Virus record (IMG/VR): IMGVR_UViG_3300021962_000611 | Coordinates: 1 to 24,807 of that record | Reading direction: 5' to 3' (one strand) | Origin: a virus | Lineage: Duplodnaviria; Caudoviricetes | Length of the DNA: 24,807 bases | Shown: positions 17,384-24,807 of the stretch, piece after piece | Numbering within the stretch: the stretch's first letter is position 1 | Layout: every line of letters begins with the position of its first letter | Program-made: the position numbers and the translations under genes | The notes under the pieces: model-generated | The model's database searches: none | The model's input: only the letters and a program-made list of their open reading frames with translations | What the model was told of the DNA's origin: nothing

Positions 17384-18535
17384 ATGTTAACAATTGATGA
17401 CATACTTGAAGAGTATTTTATAAACAGAAAAGATGGTGGTTTAAAGTTTGATATAAAAAACGCAGAAGATTTATATCATTTTGAATCATTTTTGATAAAG
17501 AATAACTATCTTCAGTTATTCAATAAATCTAAGATAATCGAATTGTTTGAAGAAACAGGCGATGCAGCAGAATCTTCTACAGAAGAAATAGTTAATTATG
17601 TTAAAAAGAGATATTTGACCTTTTTTAAAACACAACCATCTGCTCAGGATTTGGAACTTTTGGTTAATTATGTTCGTGAATTTAGAAAGACCCCACAAAC
17701 TCTTGACTCTACATTTGAATTTCTAAAACAAAATCCCGGTTTGGTTGTATTTGAAAAAAATCAAATTGGTCAAGGGGAGTTTGCTTTTTATTTATTATTG
17801 CCTGATGCCAAGAAGATAACTGGAGATAAAGGTGATATCCAAATCGGCGATAGAAAGTTTGAAATAAAGAAGATTAAGAAGGCAAAAGATACAATTAGAT
17901 TTGGAACCAACATTGATTTGGATGCGATTAATTCTTTTAGATATGTAACATTTGGTCTTAAGAAGTTGTTTACATCGAAGGAATATAAAGACGGTGAAAA
18001 AATCAAAGAGATGTCTGATGCTTATGATATTTTAATGGCTGGATCAGAAGCATCTGTTACTATAAACAAGTTGAATGCTTTTTATGCTTTTATAGATAAA
18101 TTGCGTGATTATGTAATTTACGAAAAAACTCAAAAGAGTTTGTCATCAGAAAAAACATCAGGTAAAAAGTTCGTATTTAAAGCTAATGATATTGATAAAG
18201 ACGTATTCTTTAAGATATCGTTTGATGATTTAAAGAGTGCATTAAAAAGCGGTAAACATCAAACAACAATAGAAAGAACAGAAGACGAACAAGATACCGA
18301 AGAATTAACTTCTTTTGCTGAAGATGTAAAGTCTATTTTGGATAAATTTTTAAATAAATACTCTACGTCTGAAATATTTCAAACTCAAATGGTTGCTCAA
18401 TTGTATGAAAAGTATAATGGCGCGGGAGTCGATATAATGATAATAACAGAAACTAACAACTTTTTGATAAACCCACCAAACTTTAAGTTTAATGCAATAA
18501 ATCAATACGTAAGACCTCAAGTAACTCTAAGTTAA
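17384..18535 (+). CDS. Putative PD-(D/E)XK nuclease with N-terminal leader domain
   Basis: GQGEF...GDKGDIQIGDRKFEIKK fits an E...D...E.K restriction-endonuclease-like core. Confidence 0.5.
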   Translation: MLTIDDILEEYFINRKDGGLKFDIKNAEDLYHFESFLIKNNYLQLFNKSKIIELFEETGDAAESSTEEIVNYVKKRYLTFFKTQPSAQDLELLVNYVREFRKTPQTLDSTFEFLKQNPGLVVFEKNQIGQGEFAFYLLLPDAKKITGDKGDIQIGDRKFEIKKIKKAKDTIRFGTNIDLDAINSFRYVTFGLKKLFTSKEYKDGEKIKEMSDAYDILMAGSEASVTINKLNAFYAFIDKLRDYVIYEKTQKSLSSEKTSGKKFVFKANDIDKDVFFKISFDDLKSALKSGKHQTTIERTEDEQDTEELTSFAEDVKSILDKFLNKYSTSEIFQTQMVAQLYEKYNGAGVDIMIITETNNFLINPPNFKFNAINQYVRPQVTLS

Positions 18536-18536
18536 T

Positions 18537-19184
18537 ATGAATATACTGTCTGAACTAATAGAACAAATCTGTCTCGATTCTCGTATAAAGGATGGGATAT
18601 TTTCATTGGATAACAATGACCATTTGAATATCTTACAAGAATATCTACAAGTAGAGTTAAATATGGATGAACAACAATCCGTAGAAATCAGAAATGCAGT
18701 GTTAGAGGGTAAATATCCTGACCGTCAAGCATATAACGCAAATGGATTGCTTGTAACATTTCCTACACCAGAATATAAACAAAGAGCAATTTCTAGAGGA
18801 ACTCACTTTGAAGAAAATCCAAAGAAGGCTGCTGGTGCAAGTGTATTCGAACCACAACCAGAACAACCTGCACAACAACCTTCTTCACCAGAACCACAAC
18901 AAACCACGCCTACATCTTCAACAACAACCGTTCCCACAGAACCGAAACCAGAAACTCCTGCAGAAAAAGATAAAAATGAACCTGATTTGAGGACTTCTCA
19001 AGAAAAACAAGCTGATGCTCAAGTAATTCAAAAGATTTTGACAACCGAATACACATTAGATGAAGCTAAATCAAATGGTTTTTATAGAAAGGGTTCTATT
19101 TGGTATACGAATGAAGGAACTGAAGTTGGAGTTGCCAGATACGTTGAAGACTTAGGCAAAATAATTATACGTCCAAGAAGATGA
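18537..19184 (+). CDS. Hypothetical protein with the same N-terminal leader domain and a P/Q/T/E-rich linker
   Basis: N-terminus resembles that of the previous gene; central EPQPEQPAQQPSSPEPQQTTPT low-complexity tract. Confidence 0.7.
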   Translation: MNILSELIEQICLDSRIKDGIFSLDNNDHLNILQEYLQVELNMDEQQSVEIRNAVLEGKYPDRQAYNANGLLVTFPTPEYKQRAISRGTHFEENPKKAAGASVFEPQPEQPAQQPSSPEPQQTTPTSSTTTVPTEPKPETPAEKDKNEPDLRTSQEKQADAQVIQKILTTEYTLDEAKSNGFYRKGSIWYTNEGTEVGVARYVEDLGKIIIRPRR

Positions 19185-19573
19185 AAAAACAATTACTCTG
19201 CACGTTTTCCACCGTTGAAGAATATAAAAACCTAATTGATAAAATTAGAAATTTTTATAGTGTAAACGGCAACAAACTTTTCTTATTCAATGGTGTAAAA
19301 CTTCCAAAAAACATTTATATAACTTATAATGTGGACGTTGAAGAAAATGCACATTTTCCAAAATTTCCCAATACTATTGGTCTTCATAGAAAAAAACAAA
19401 CCAATACATTGTATACGTTGAATGCTATGAATAAGTTAATAACTGAAGAAAATGGTGGGGTGTTTGATAATAAATTTCAATTGAACTGGGAACTTTATAG
19501 CAACTGCCTTATTTTGACCAGTGAAATCTCCGTCAGAATAATTCCGATAAAACTTTTCGATATAATTAGTTGA
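19181..19573 (+). CDS. Hypothetical protein in replication module
   Basis: 130 aa, ATGA overlap; KQLLCTF, YITYNV, HRKKQTNTLYTLNAMN, NGG..D..F..NW..Y.N. Confidence 0.7.
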   Translation: MKKQLLCTFSTVEEYKNLIDKIRNFYSVNGNKLFLFNGVKLPKNIYITYNVDVEENAHFPKFPNTIGLHRKKQTNTLYTLNAMNKLITEENGGVFDNKFQLNWELYSNCLILTSEISVRIIPIKLFDIIS

Positions 19574-19598
19574 ACGATTTGCCATCTCATGTTATAGT
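19570..19598 (+). promoter_or_regulatory. Sigma70 promoter with extended -10 upstream of ssb
   Basis: TTGAAC (19570-19575), 17 nt, TATAGT (19593-19598), with TG at 19590-19591. Confidence 0.7.
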
Positions 19599-19633
19599 TA
19601 TACGTGTATTAGTTATGAATTAGGTCTGTGTGG

Positions 19634-19668
19634 ACTTAACAATTAATTAATTAACACTTAACAATTAA
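19634..19668 (+). repeat. 13-nt direct repeat ACTTAACAATTAA x2 within a TTAA-rich leader
   Basis: Copies at 19634-19646 and 19656-19668. Confidence 0.85.
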
Positions 19669-19681
19669 CTATTAAATAATT

Positions 19682-20491
19682 ATGGCATTAGATCTATCTA
19701 AGATTAAGAATCGTTTGAATTCTTTAACAAACACAAATCAAAAATCCAACTTGATTTGGAAACCCAATCCCGGTAAGCAAGTCGTTCGTATTGTCCCCTA
19801 CAAGTATGCTCCTGAGAATCCTTTCATTGAGCTAAAGTTCCATTATAACATCAACAACAAGACTTATCTATCACCTGATAGTTTTAACCGTCCTGATCCA
19901 ATTGTTGAATGGTCCAATCGTATGAAGAAGACCGGAAACAAGGAAGAGTGGCAGTTGGGACGTAAGATGGAACCAAAGATGCGAACATATGTTCCTGTCA
20001 TCGTTCGTGGTGAAGAAGACCAAGGTGTTCGTTTCTGGGGATTCGGAAAGAACGTTTATCAAGAACTCCTAAGCATTATTAGCGATGCTGATTATGGTGA
20101 TATTACCGATCCTGTAAATGGTCGTGATATCGTTGTAGAGTTCAGAACCGCAGAGGAATCCGGCAAGAGTTTCCCAGAAACTACTATCCGTGTTAAACCA
20201 AACACTTCTGTGGCAATCGATCCTTCCAAGAAAGACCTTCTTGGAAAGCAGACCAACATTCTTGATTTGTTCCCAGAACTCAGTTATGACCAACTAAAGG
20301 CAGTTATGGATGCTTGGTTGAATCCAGAAACTTCCTCGGAACCAAGTGTAAACGCAGTTGCGGATGAAGATGGAGATGTAGAAGCTGTTGCTCCAGTAGC
20401 ACCAACTTCAAATAAATCACCATCTGCTTCTGCAAGTAAATCAAATACAGAAGACCTCACAAAGGCTTTTGATAATTTGTTTAACAGTTAA
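19682..20491 (+). CDS. Single-stranded DNA-binding protein (T4 gp32-like)
   Basis: WKP..G...VRIVP, PF.E..FHY, DPI.E, GVRFWGFGK.VYQ, DITDPVNGRDI; low-complexity tail ending AFDNLFNS. Confidence 0.85.
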   Translation: MALDLSKIKNRLNSLTNTNQKSNLIWKPNPGKQVVRIVPYKYAPENPFIELKFHYNINNKTYLSPDSFNRPDPIVEWSNRMKKTGNKEEWQLGRKMEPKMRTYVPVIVRGEEDQGVRFWGFGKNVYQELLSIISDADYGDITDPVNGRDIVVEFRTAEESGKSFPETTIRVKPNTSVAIDPSKKDLLGKQTNILDLFPELSYDQLKAVMDAWLNPETSSEPSVNAVADEDGDVEAVAPVAPTSNKSPSASASKSNTEDLTKAFDNLFNS

Positions 20492-20508
20492 AATAACTGG
20501 TTTGATAT

Positions 20509-20540
20509 GGGGTGATGGTATATATTACTATCACCCCTTT
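20509..20540 (+). terminator. Stem-loop terminator/attenuator between ssb and recA
   Basis: GGGGTGATGGTA (20509-20520), loop TATAT, TACTATCACCCC (20526-20537), then only TTT. Confidence 0.7.
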
Positions 20541-20554
20541 AATTTCCTATTTTT

Positions 20555-21703
20555 ATGAAAAAGAAAACACATGTTACGCAGAATGATTCACCACAGAGAG
20601 ACGAATTAGTCGAAATGTTGGCGAATGAGTTGAATAAAGCAAACAAAGACGGCGGTAAGATTGCTTATTTCTTGGACGAACAAGAAAATCCCGCCGAAAT
20701 TAGTGATTGGATTAGCACAGGTTCCTCTATTCTTGATTTGGCAATTAGTAATCGTCCACACGGTGGATTGCCTGTCGGTAAAATGGTAGAATTAAACGGT
20801 TTGGAAGGAACTGGTAAGAGTCTAGTATCTGCACATATTTGCGCTGAAACTCAACGTAAAGGTGGTATTGCAGTTGTATTAGATACTGAAAACGCCGCTG
20901 CTCCAGAATTCTGGAAGAGCTTGGGTGTAGATTTAAAGAATCTTCTATATGTTCAAACTGACACTGTAGAAGATATTTTTGAAAAGATGGAACAGATGAT
21001 TGGTGTAGTAAGAAAGTCAAACAAAGACCGTATTCTTACACTTATTATTGACTCTGTAGCCGCAGCATCAACTAAAGCAGAACTTGAAAGTGATCACGGT
21101 AAAGACGGATTTGCCACTGGTAAATCTATTATTATCAGTAAAGCCATGAGAAAGATTACCAACATGATTGGTCGTCAAAAGGTTCTCACTGTATTTACTA
21201 ACCAATTACGTCAGAATCTAAATGCTATGGCATTTGGTGATAAGTATGTAGTAAGTGGTGGTAAGGCTTTGGCATATCATTGTAGTGTTCGTGTTCGTTT
21301 GAATAATACTGGTAAACTCAAGAAAGGTGAGGCAATCATCGGAAATGAGTGTAAAGCAGTAGTTGTTAAAAACAGAATGGGTCCACCACAACGTCAAGCA
21401 TCATTTGATATTTATTTTGATAGTGGTATTGCTGATTATAGCAGCTGGATCAAAGTATTGAAGGAGAATAACATCATTAAACAAGGTGGTGCGTATTATA
21501 CCTATAAAAAAGATGACGGCAGTGAATGGAAGTTCCAATCCAAGGACTTTGTTGAAACAATGCAGACTAATGCATCTCTCAAAGAAGAAGTTTATTTGAA
21601 GATTTGTGACTCTGTTATTATGAAATACAAAGATCCTAATAGTCAAATTGTTGATGATGCTGTAGTTGATACTGACGAAGAAACTGCTGGAAGTGAAGAA
21701 TGA
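20555..21703 (+). CDS. recA: RecA/UvsX recombinase
   Basis: ISTGS..LDLAI, GGLPVG, Walker A GLEGTGKS, Walker B IIDSVAA, NQLR, SGGKAL, VVKNR. Confidence 0.95.
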   Translation: MKKKTHVTQNDSPQRDELVEMLANELNKANKDGGKIAYFLDEQENPAEISDWISTGSSILDLAISNRPHGGLPVGKMVELNGLEGTGKSLVSAHICAETQRKGGIAVVLDTENAAAPEFWKSLGVDLKNLLYVQTDTVEDIFEKMEQMIGVVRKSNKDRILTLIIDSVAAASTKAELESDHGKDGFATGKSIIISKAMRKITNMIGRQKVLTVFTNQLRQNLNAMAFGDKYVVSGGKALAYHCSVRVRLNNTGKLKKGEAIIGNECKAVVVKNRMGPPQRQASFDIYFDSGIADYSSWIKVLKENNIIKQGGAYYTYKKDDGSEWKFQSKDFVETMQTNASLKEEVYLKICDSVIMKYKDPNSQIVDDAVVDTDEETAGSEE

Positions 21704-22767
21704 GCAATCTGACTGATAGTGAAAAGAAAAAGTTGTATAGTTTGTTCAATCAAATTAAACCAACTGATCGGGTTGAGGGTCTTAATCGGACCCTCAATTC
21801 TGATGTTCTTATTGTAGACTTCATGAATACTTTTCTAAGAGCATTCATGGCAAGTCCATCATTAAACGCAAACGGCAACCACACAGGTGGTATTGCTGGA
21901 TGTTTAAAAAGTATTGGATATGCAGTTAAATTGTTGAATCCAACAAGAATAATTGTGGTATCTGATGGTAATGGTGGCAGTATGAAACGTCGCAAAATCT
22001 ATCCACAATACAAGAGTGGTAGAAAAACAAAAGTAAGACTAAATAGAACTTACGAAGATTTAAGTAATCCAGATTCCGAAGAAAAGAATCTAAAGATACA
22101 ATTAATCAAGACTGTAAAGTATTTGGATACGTTACCTGTTACAACAATGGCAATTGACCATATTGAAGCGGATGATACTATCGCATATCTTGCTACTCAA
22201 TATTTTAAAAATAGTAATGTTACTATTATGAGTGCGGATAAAGACTTCTTACAGTTAGCAAATGACAGAGTTAAAATTTGGAGTCCCACCAAAAAGAAAT
22301 TATATGGTTGTGCTGAGATATTGACTGAATACGGTATTAGTTGCAGTAACTTTTTAAATTATCGTATTATGGAAGGTGATGATAGTGATAACATTGATGG
22401 TATTAACGGTGCTGGGTTAAAGACCATCATTAAATGTTTTCCTATTTTTACTGACGCAAATCAATATTCTCTACAAGAAATATACAATTATAGCGATACC
22501 CATAAAGGAAAGTATAAATTGTATAACACAATATTAGATAATAAAAACACAATGGAACGTAATTGGCAATTAATGCAGTTACATGACACACAGATACAGA
22601 CATTTAGTCAACTCAGAATCAATGAAATTCTTGAGAAACCACTGACTAAACTTGACAGATACAACTTCAGTAAGTTGTTGTTGGAAGATAATATGCAGAA
22701 TAACTTTCCAAATAGCATGATTTGGTTACAAGAAGTGTTTGGAAAAGTAAATTCATTTGTAGCGTAA
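21700..22767 (+). CDS. 5'-3' exonuclease / flap endonuclease (PolI N-terminal domain, T4 RNase H-like)
   Basis: VDFMN..LR, DG....R...YP.YK.GR, EADD.IAY, SADKDFLQL, GDDSDNIDGING.G.KT. Confidence 0.92.
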   Translation: MSNLTDSEKKKLYSLFNQIKPTDRVEGLNRTLNSDVLIVDFMNTFLRAFMASPSLNANGNHTGGIAGCLKSIGYAVKLLNPTRIIVVSDGNGGSMKRRKIYPQYKSGRKTKVRLNRTYEDLSNPDSEEKNLKIQLIKTVKYLDTLPVTTMAIDHIEADDTIAYLATQYFKNSNVTIMSADKDFLQLANDRVKIWSPTKKKLYGCAEILTEYGISCSNFLNYRIMEGDDSDNIDGINGAGLKTIIKCFPIFTDANQYSLQEIYNYSDTHKGKYKLYNTILDNKNTMERNWQLMQLHDTQIQTFSQLRINEILEKPLTKLDRYNFSKLLLEDNMQNNFPNSMIWLQEVFGKVNSFVA

Positions 22768-22831
22768 AATATCTTTGTATAAAAACAGAAAGGGTGTAGT
22801 ATTATACCCATAGGATACGTAGTAAAAAATT

Positions 22832-24220
22832 ATGAGCGAAACATATATTATAGACAATTTAAAGAAGTTTGGAACGGAGTTCCAGACCAAGTGCATTTCT
22901 GCACTTGTGAGTGATAAAACATTTATTGAACGCATTAGCGATATTATTGAACCGCAATCGTTTGAGACAGATGCACATCAATTTATTGTTAAAGAAACAA
23001 TAAGTTATTTCCTACATTATAAAGAACTGCCAACCTTGGCAGTATTCAAAGTCAAAGTTGATAGTATTGAAAATGAACTGTTGAAGAAAACAGTTGTGGA
23101 CCAACTTAGACTTGTATATCAGAAGATTACTGATAGTGATTTGAAATTTATTAAAGAGCAGTTTCTTGAATTCTGTAAGAATCAGAAGTTGAAGAATGCT
23201 ATTATGGAGAGTGTTGACCATTTGAAGAACGGTCAATACGATAAAATTAAACACGTTGTTGATATCGCAATGAAGGCTGGTATGGAACGTAATATCGGTC
23301 ATGAATATGATGTAGATATCGAAAAACGTATGAGTATGATGGCTCGTAAGACAACCAAGACCAACTGGACAGAAATCGATACCATTATGGATGGTGGATT
23401 GGCTGGTGGAGAATTGGGAGTTATTACTGCTTGTGCCGGTAGTGGTAAGAGTTGGGTTCTTGCCAAGATTGGTGCGGAAGCAATGAGACAAGGAAAGAAT
23501 GTATTACATTATACTCTTGAGTTGAATGAAAATTATGTGGGTCTACGTTATGATGCATGTTTTACTGGAATTGATTTCCAAAACATTCGTAATAACATTG
23601 ATACCGTAAAGAAAAAGATTTCTGAAGTTCCCGGCAAACTTATCATTAAGTATTTCCCTATCAAAACTGTGTCCGCTCATAGTTTGAAACTTCACGCAGA
23701 ACGTATCCAAACCTTGGGAACGAAAGTAGATATGATTGTAGTCGATTATGCTGATATTCTACGTCCAGCACAAAGCGAACGTAATAGTAACAGTTATAGT
23801 GAGGCAGGTGGTATCTATGAAGAACTTCGTGGTGTTGCCGGTGAACTTCAGGTTCCAATTTGGACCGCAAGTCAAAGTAATAGAGCTGCTATGGATGAAG
23901 ATATCATTCAAGCAAATAACATCTCAGACAGTTATCGTAAAATTATGACTGCTGACTTTGTTATGAGTCTTTCACGTAAAGTTACCGATAAAGTTAGTAA
24001 TACTGCACGATTCCACATTATTAAGAATCGATTCGGACCAGACGGTATCACATTCCCAAGCAAAATGAATGCGGGATGTGGTGATATCCAGATATTCGCT
24101 GAGAATAGTAGAGAAGGTATGGGAATTATCAACGAAATGAATCAAGGCGAAAACATGGTAAAGAAAATGATGTCTGGAAAATGGAATGCTCACATGAGCG
24201 AAGACGAGGATTCTGAATAA
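22832..24220 (+). CDS. Replicative DnaB-family helicase (T4 gp41-like)
   Basis: GGL..GEL, Walker A AGSGKS, YTLEL, VVDYADIL, PIWTASQSNR, KNRFGPDG. Confidence 0.93.
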   Translation: MSETYIIDNLKKFGTEFQTKCISALVSDKTFIERISDIIEPQSFETDAHQFIVKETISYFLHYKELPTLAVFKVKVDSIENELLKKTVVDQLRLVYQKITDSDLKFIKEQFLEFCKNQKLKNAIMESVDHLKNGQYDKIKHVVDIAMKAGMERNIGHEYDVDIEKRMSMMARKTTKTNWTEIDTIMDGGLAGGELGVITACAGSGKSWVLAKIGAEAMRQGKNVLHYTLELNENYVGLRYDACFTGIDFQNIRNNIDTVKKKISEVPGKLIIKYFPIKTVSAHSLKLHAERIQTLGTKVDMIVVDYADILRPAQSERNSNSYSEAGGIYEELRGVAGELQVPIWTASQSNRAAMDEDIIQANNISDSYRKIMTADFVMSLSRKVTDKVSNTARFHIIKNRFGPDGITFPSKMNAGCGDIQIFAENSREGMGIINEMNQGENMVKKMMSGKWNAHMSEDEDSE

Positions 24221-24231
24221 TTCGTATATCA

Positions 24232-24305
24232 GGTAGGGGATAAAAACAGCCAGAAAAAATTAAAATTTTAGAAATTATTTTTTGGATTTATTTTTATCCC
24301 CTACC
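24232..24305. repeat. Long inverted repeat
   Basis: GGTAGGGGATAAAAA (24232-24246) is the exact reverse complement of TTTTTATCCCCTACC (24291-24305); imperfect inner pairing CCAGAAAAAATT / AATTATTTTTTGG. Confidence 0.9.
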
Positions 24306-24335
24306 ATAATTATGTATTACCTATTTTAAAGTTTT

Positions 24336-24807
24336 ATGAACAAAGAAATTTATATTAAAAAGCGTAACGGAAAAGTAGAAAAGTTTAATGCAGACAAAAT
24401 AAACAAAGTTCTACAATGGGCAACTGAAGATATTAAGGGTGTAAGTTTTGAAGAAGTTGGAATGAACGCACATCTATCATTTTTTGATGGAATGTCAACT
24501 TCTGATATACACAAGTTATTAATTGAATCTGCTGCCAATTTAATCAACGAAGATAAACCAAACTACCAATATGTTGCTTCACGATTGTTGAATTATCAAC
24601 TAAGAAAACAAGTATGGGGTGGTAAGAATCCGCCTAAACTGTATGATATTGTCAAAGACAATGTTTCCAATTTAGTATATGATGAAAATATTTTGGAGTG
24701 GTATAGTAAACAAGAATTTGATAAATTAGATGAATTTCTAAAGCATGACCGTGATTTTAATTTCACATATGCGGGTATCAAACAATTGTGTGATAAATAT
24801 CTAGTTC
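24336..24807 (+). CDS. nrdA: Ribonucleotide reductase class Ia alpha subunit, N-terminal part (3'-truncated, absent from ORF track)
   Basis: MNKEIYIKKRNGKVEKFNADKI ATP-cone, then LIESAANLI...PNYQYVASRLL...LRKQV and HDRDFNFTYAGIKQL.DKYLV; open to the window end. Confidence 0.92.
   Translation, partial: MNKEIYIKKRNGKVEKFNADKINKVLQWATEDIKGVSFEEVGMNAHLSFFDGMSTSDIHKLLIESAANLINEDKPNYQYVASRLLNYQLRKQVWGGKNPPKLYDIVKDNVSNLVYDENILEWYSKQEFDKLDEFLKHDRDFNFTYAGIKQLCDKYLV

Noticed and set aside
18845-18965. Repetitive CCAGAAC/CAACAA-rich DNA
   Set aside because: Explained by the P/Q/E/T linker codons; no regular period.
19634-19668. Possible CRISPR mini-array or iterons
   Set aside because: Only two 13-nt copies 9 nt apart, no spacers and no cas genes; better explained as an mRNA leader.
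20555-24220. Inteins or introns in recA, exonuclease or helicase
   Set aside because: Lengths are ordinary, motifs are contiguous and no splicing signatures were seen.
1017-24781. Many short alternative-frame and antisense ORFs in the track (e.g. 1186-1419, 7219-7527, 23012-23491, 24350-24547, 24596-24781)
   Set aside because: They lie within well-supported genes, have no recognisable motifs and read like shadow translations.
1-24807. Stop-codon recoding, tRNA genes, diversity-generating retroelement
   Set aside because: Genes are full length in the standard code and end in TAA, TGA or TAG; no cloverleaf was seen in the short gaps; no reverse transcriptase or template/variable repeat pair was seen by eye.

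Overview
AT-rich segment of a large tailed (myovirus-type) bacteriophage genome, read in the standard code and almost entirely on the + strand. Order: end of a tail-fibre cluster with a tail-fibre assembly chaperone; an inverted glycosyltransferase; two small coiled-coil genes; a HAD nucleotidase/nucleotidyltransferase pair; an inverted Hef-like homing endonuclease; a tail module (tube, assembly chaperone, tape measure, baseplate proteins); then a replication module (very compact family A polymerase, gp32-like SSB, RecA/UvsX, 5'-3' exonuclease, DnaB/gp41 helicase, start of NrdA). Main signals beyond routine annotation: (1) a PolA that appears to lack its thumb and is probably made from a leaderless sigma70 transcript; (2) a probable +1/-2 frameshift on a T7 run in the tail chaperone; (3) a recurrent TAT(T/A)TAT upstream motif, plus N-terminal leader peptides on non-structural genes (including a PD-(D/E)XK nuclease and a HAD enzyme), suggesting virion-packaged cargo; (4) a T4 gene-32-like operator before the SSB; (5) an orphan antisense promoter firing into a switchable hairpin; (6) a long inverted repeat over the nrdA promoter. 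All calls come from motif reading; no database searches were run.
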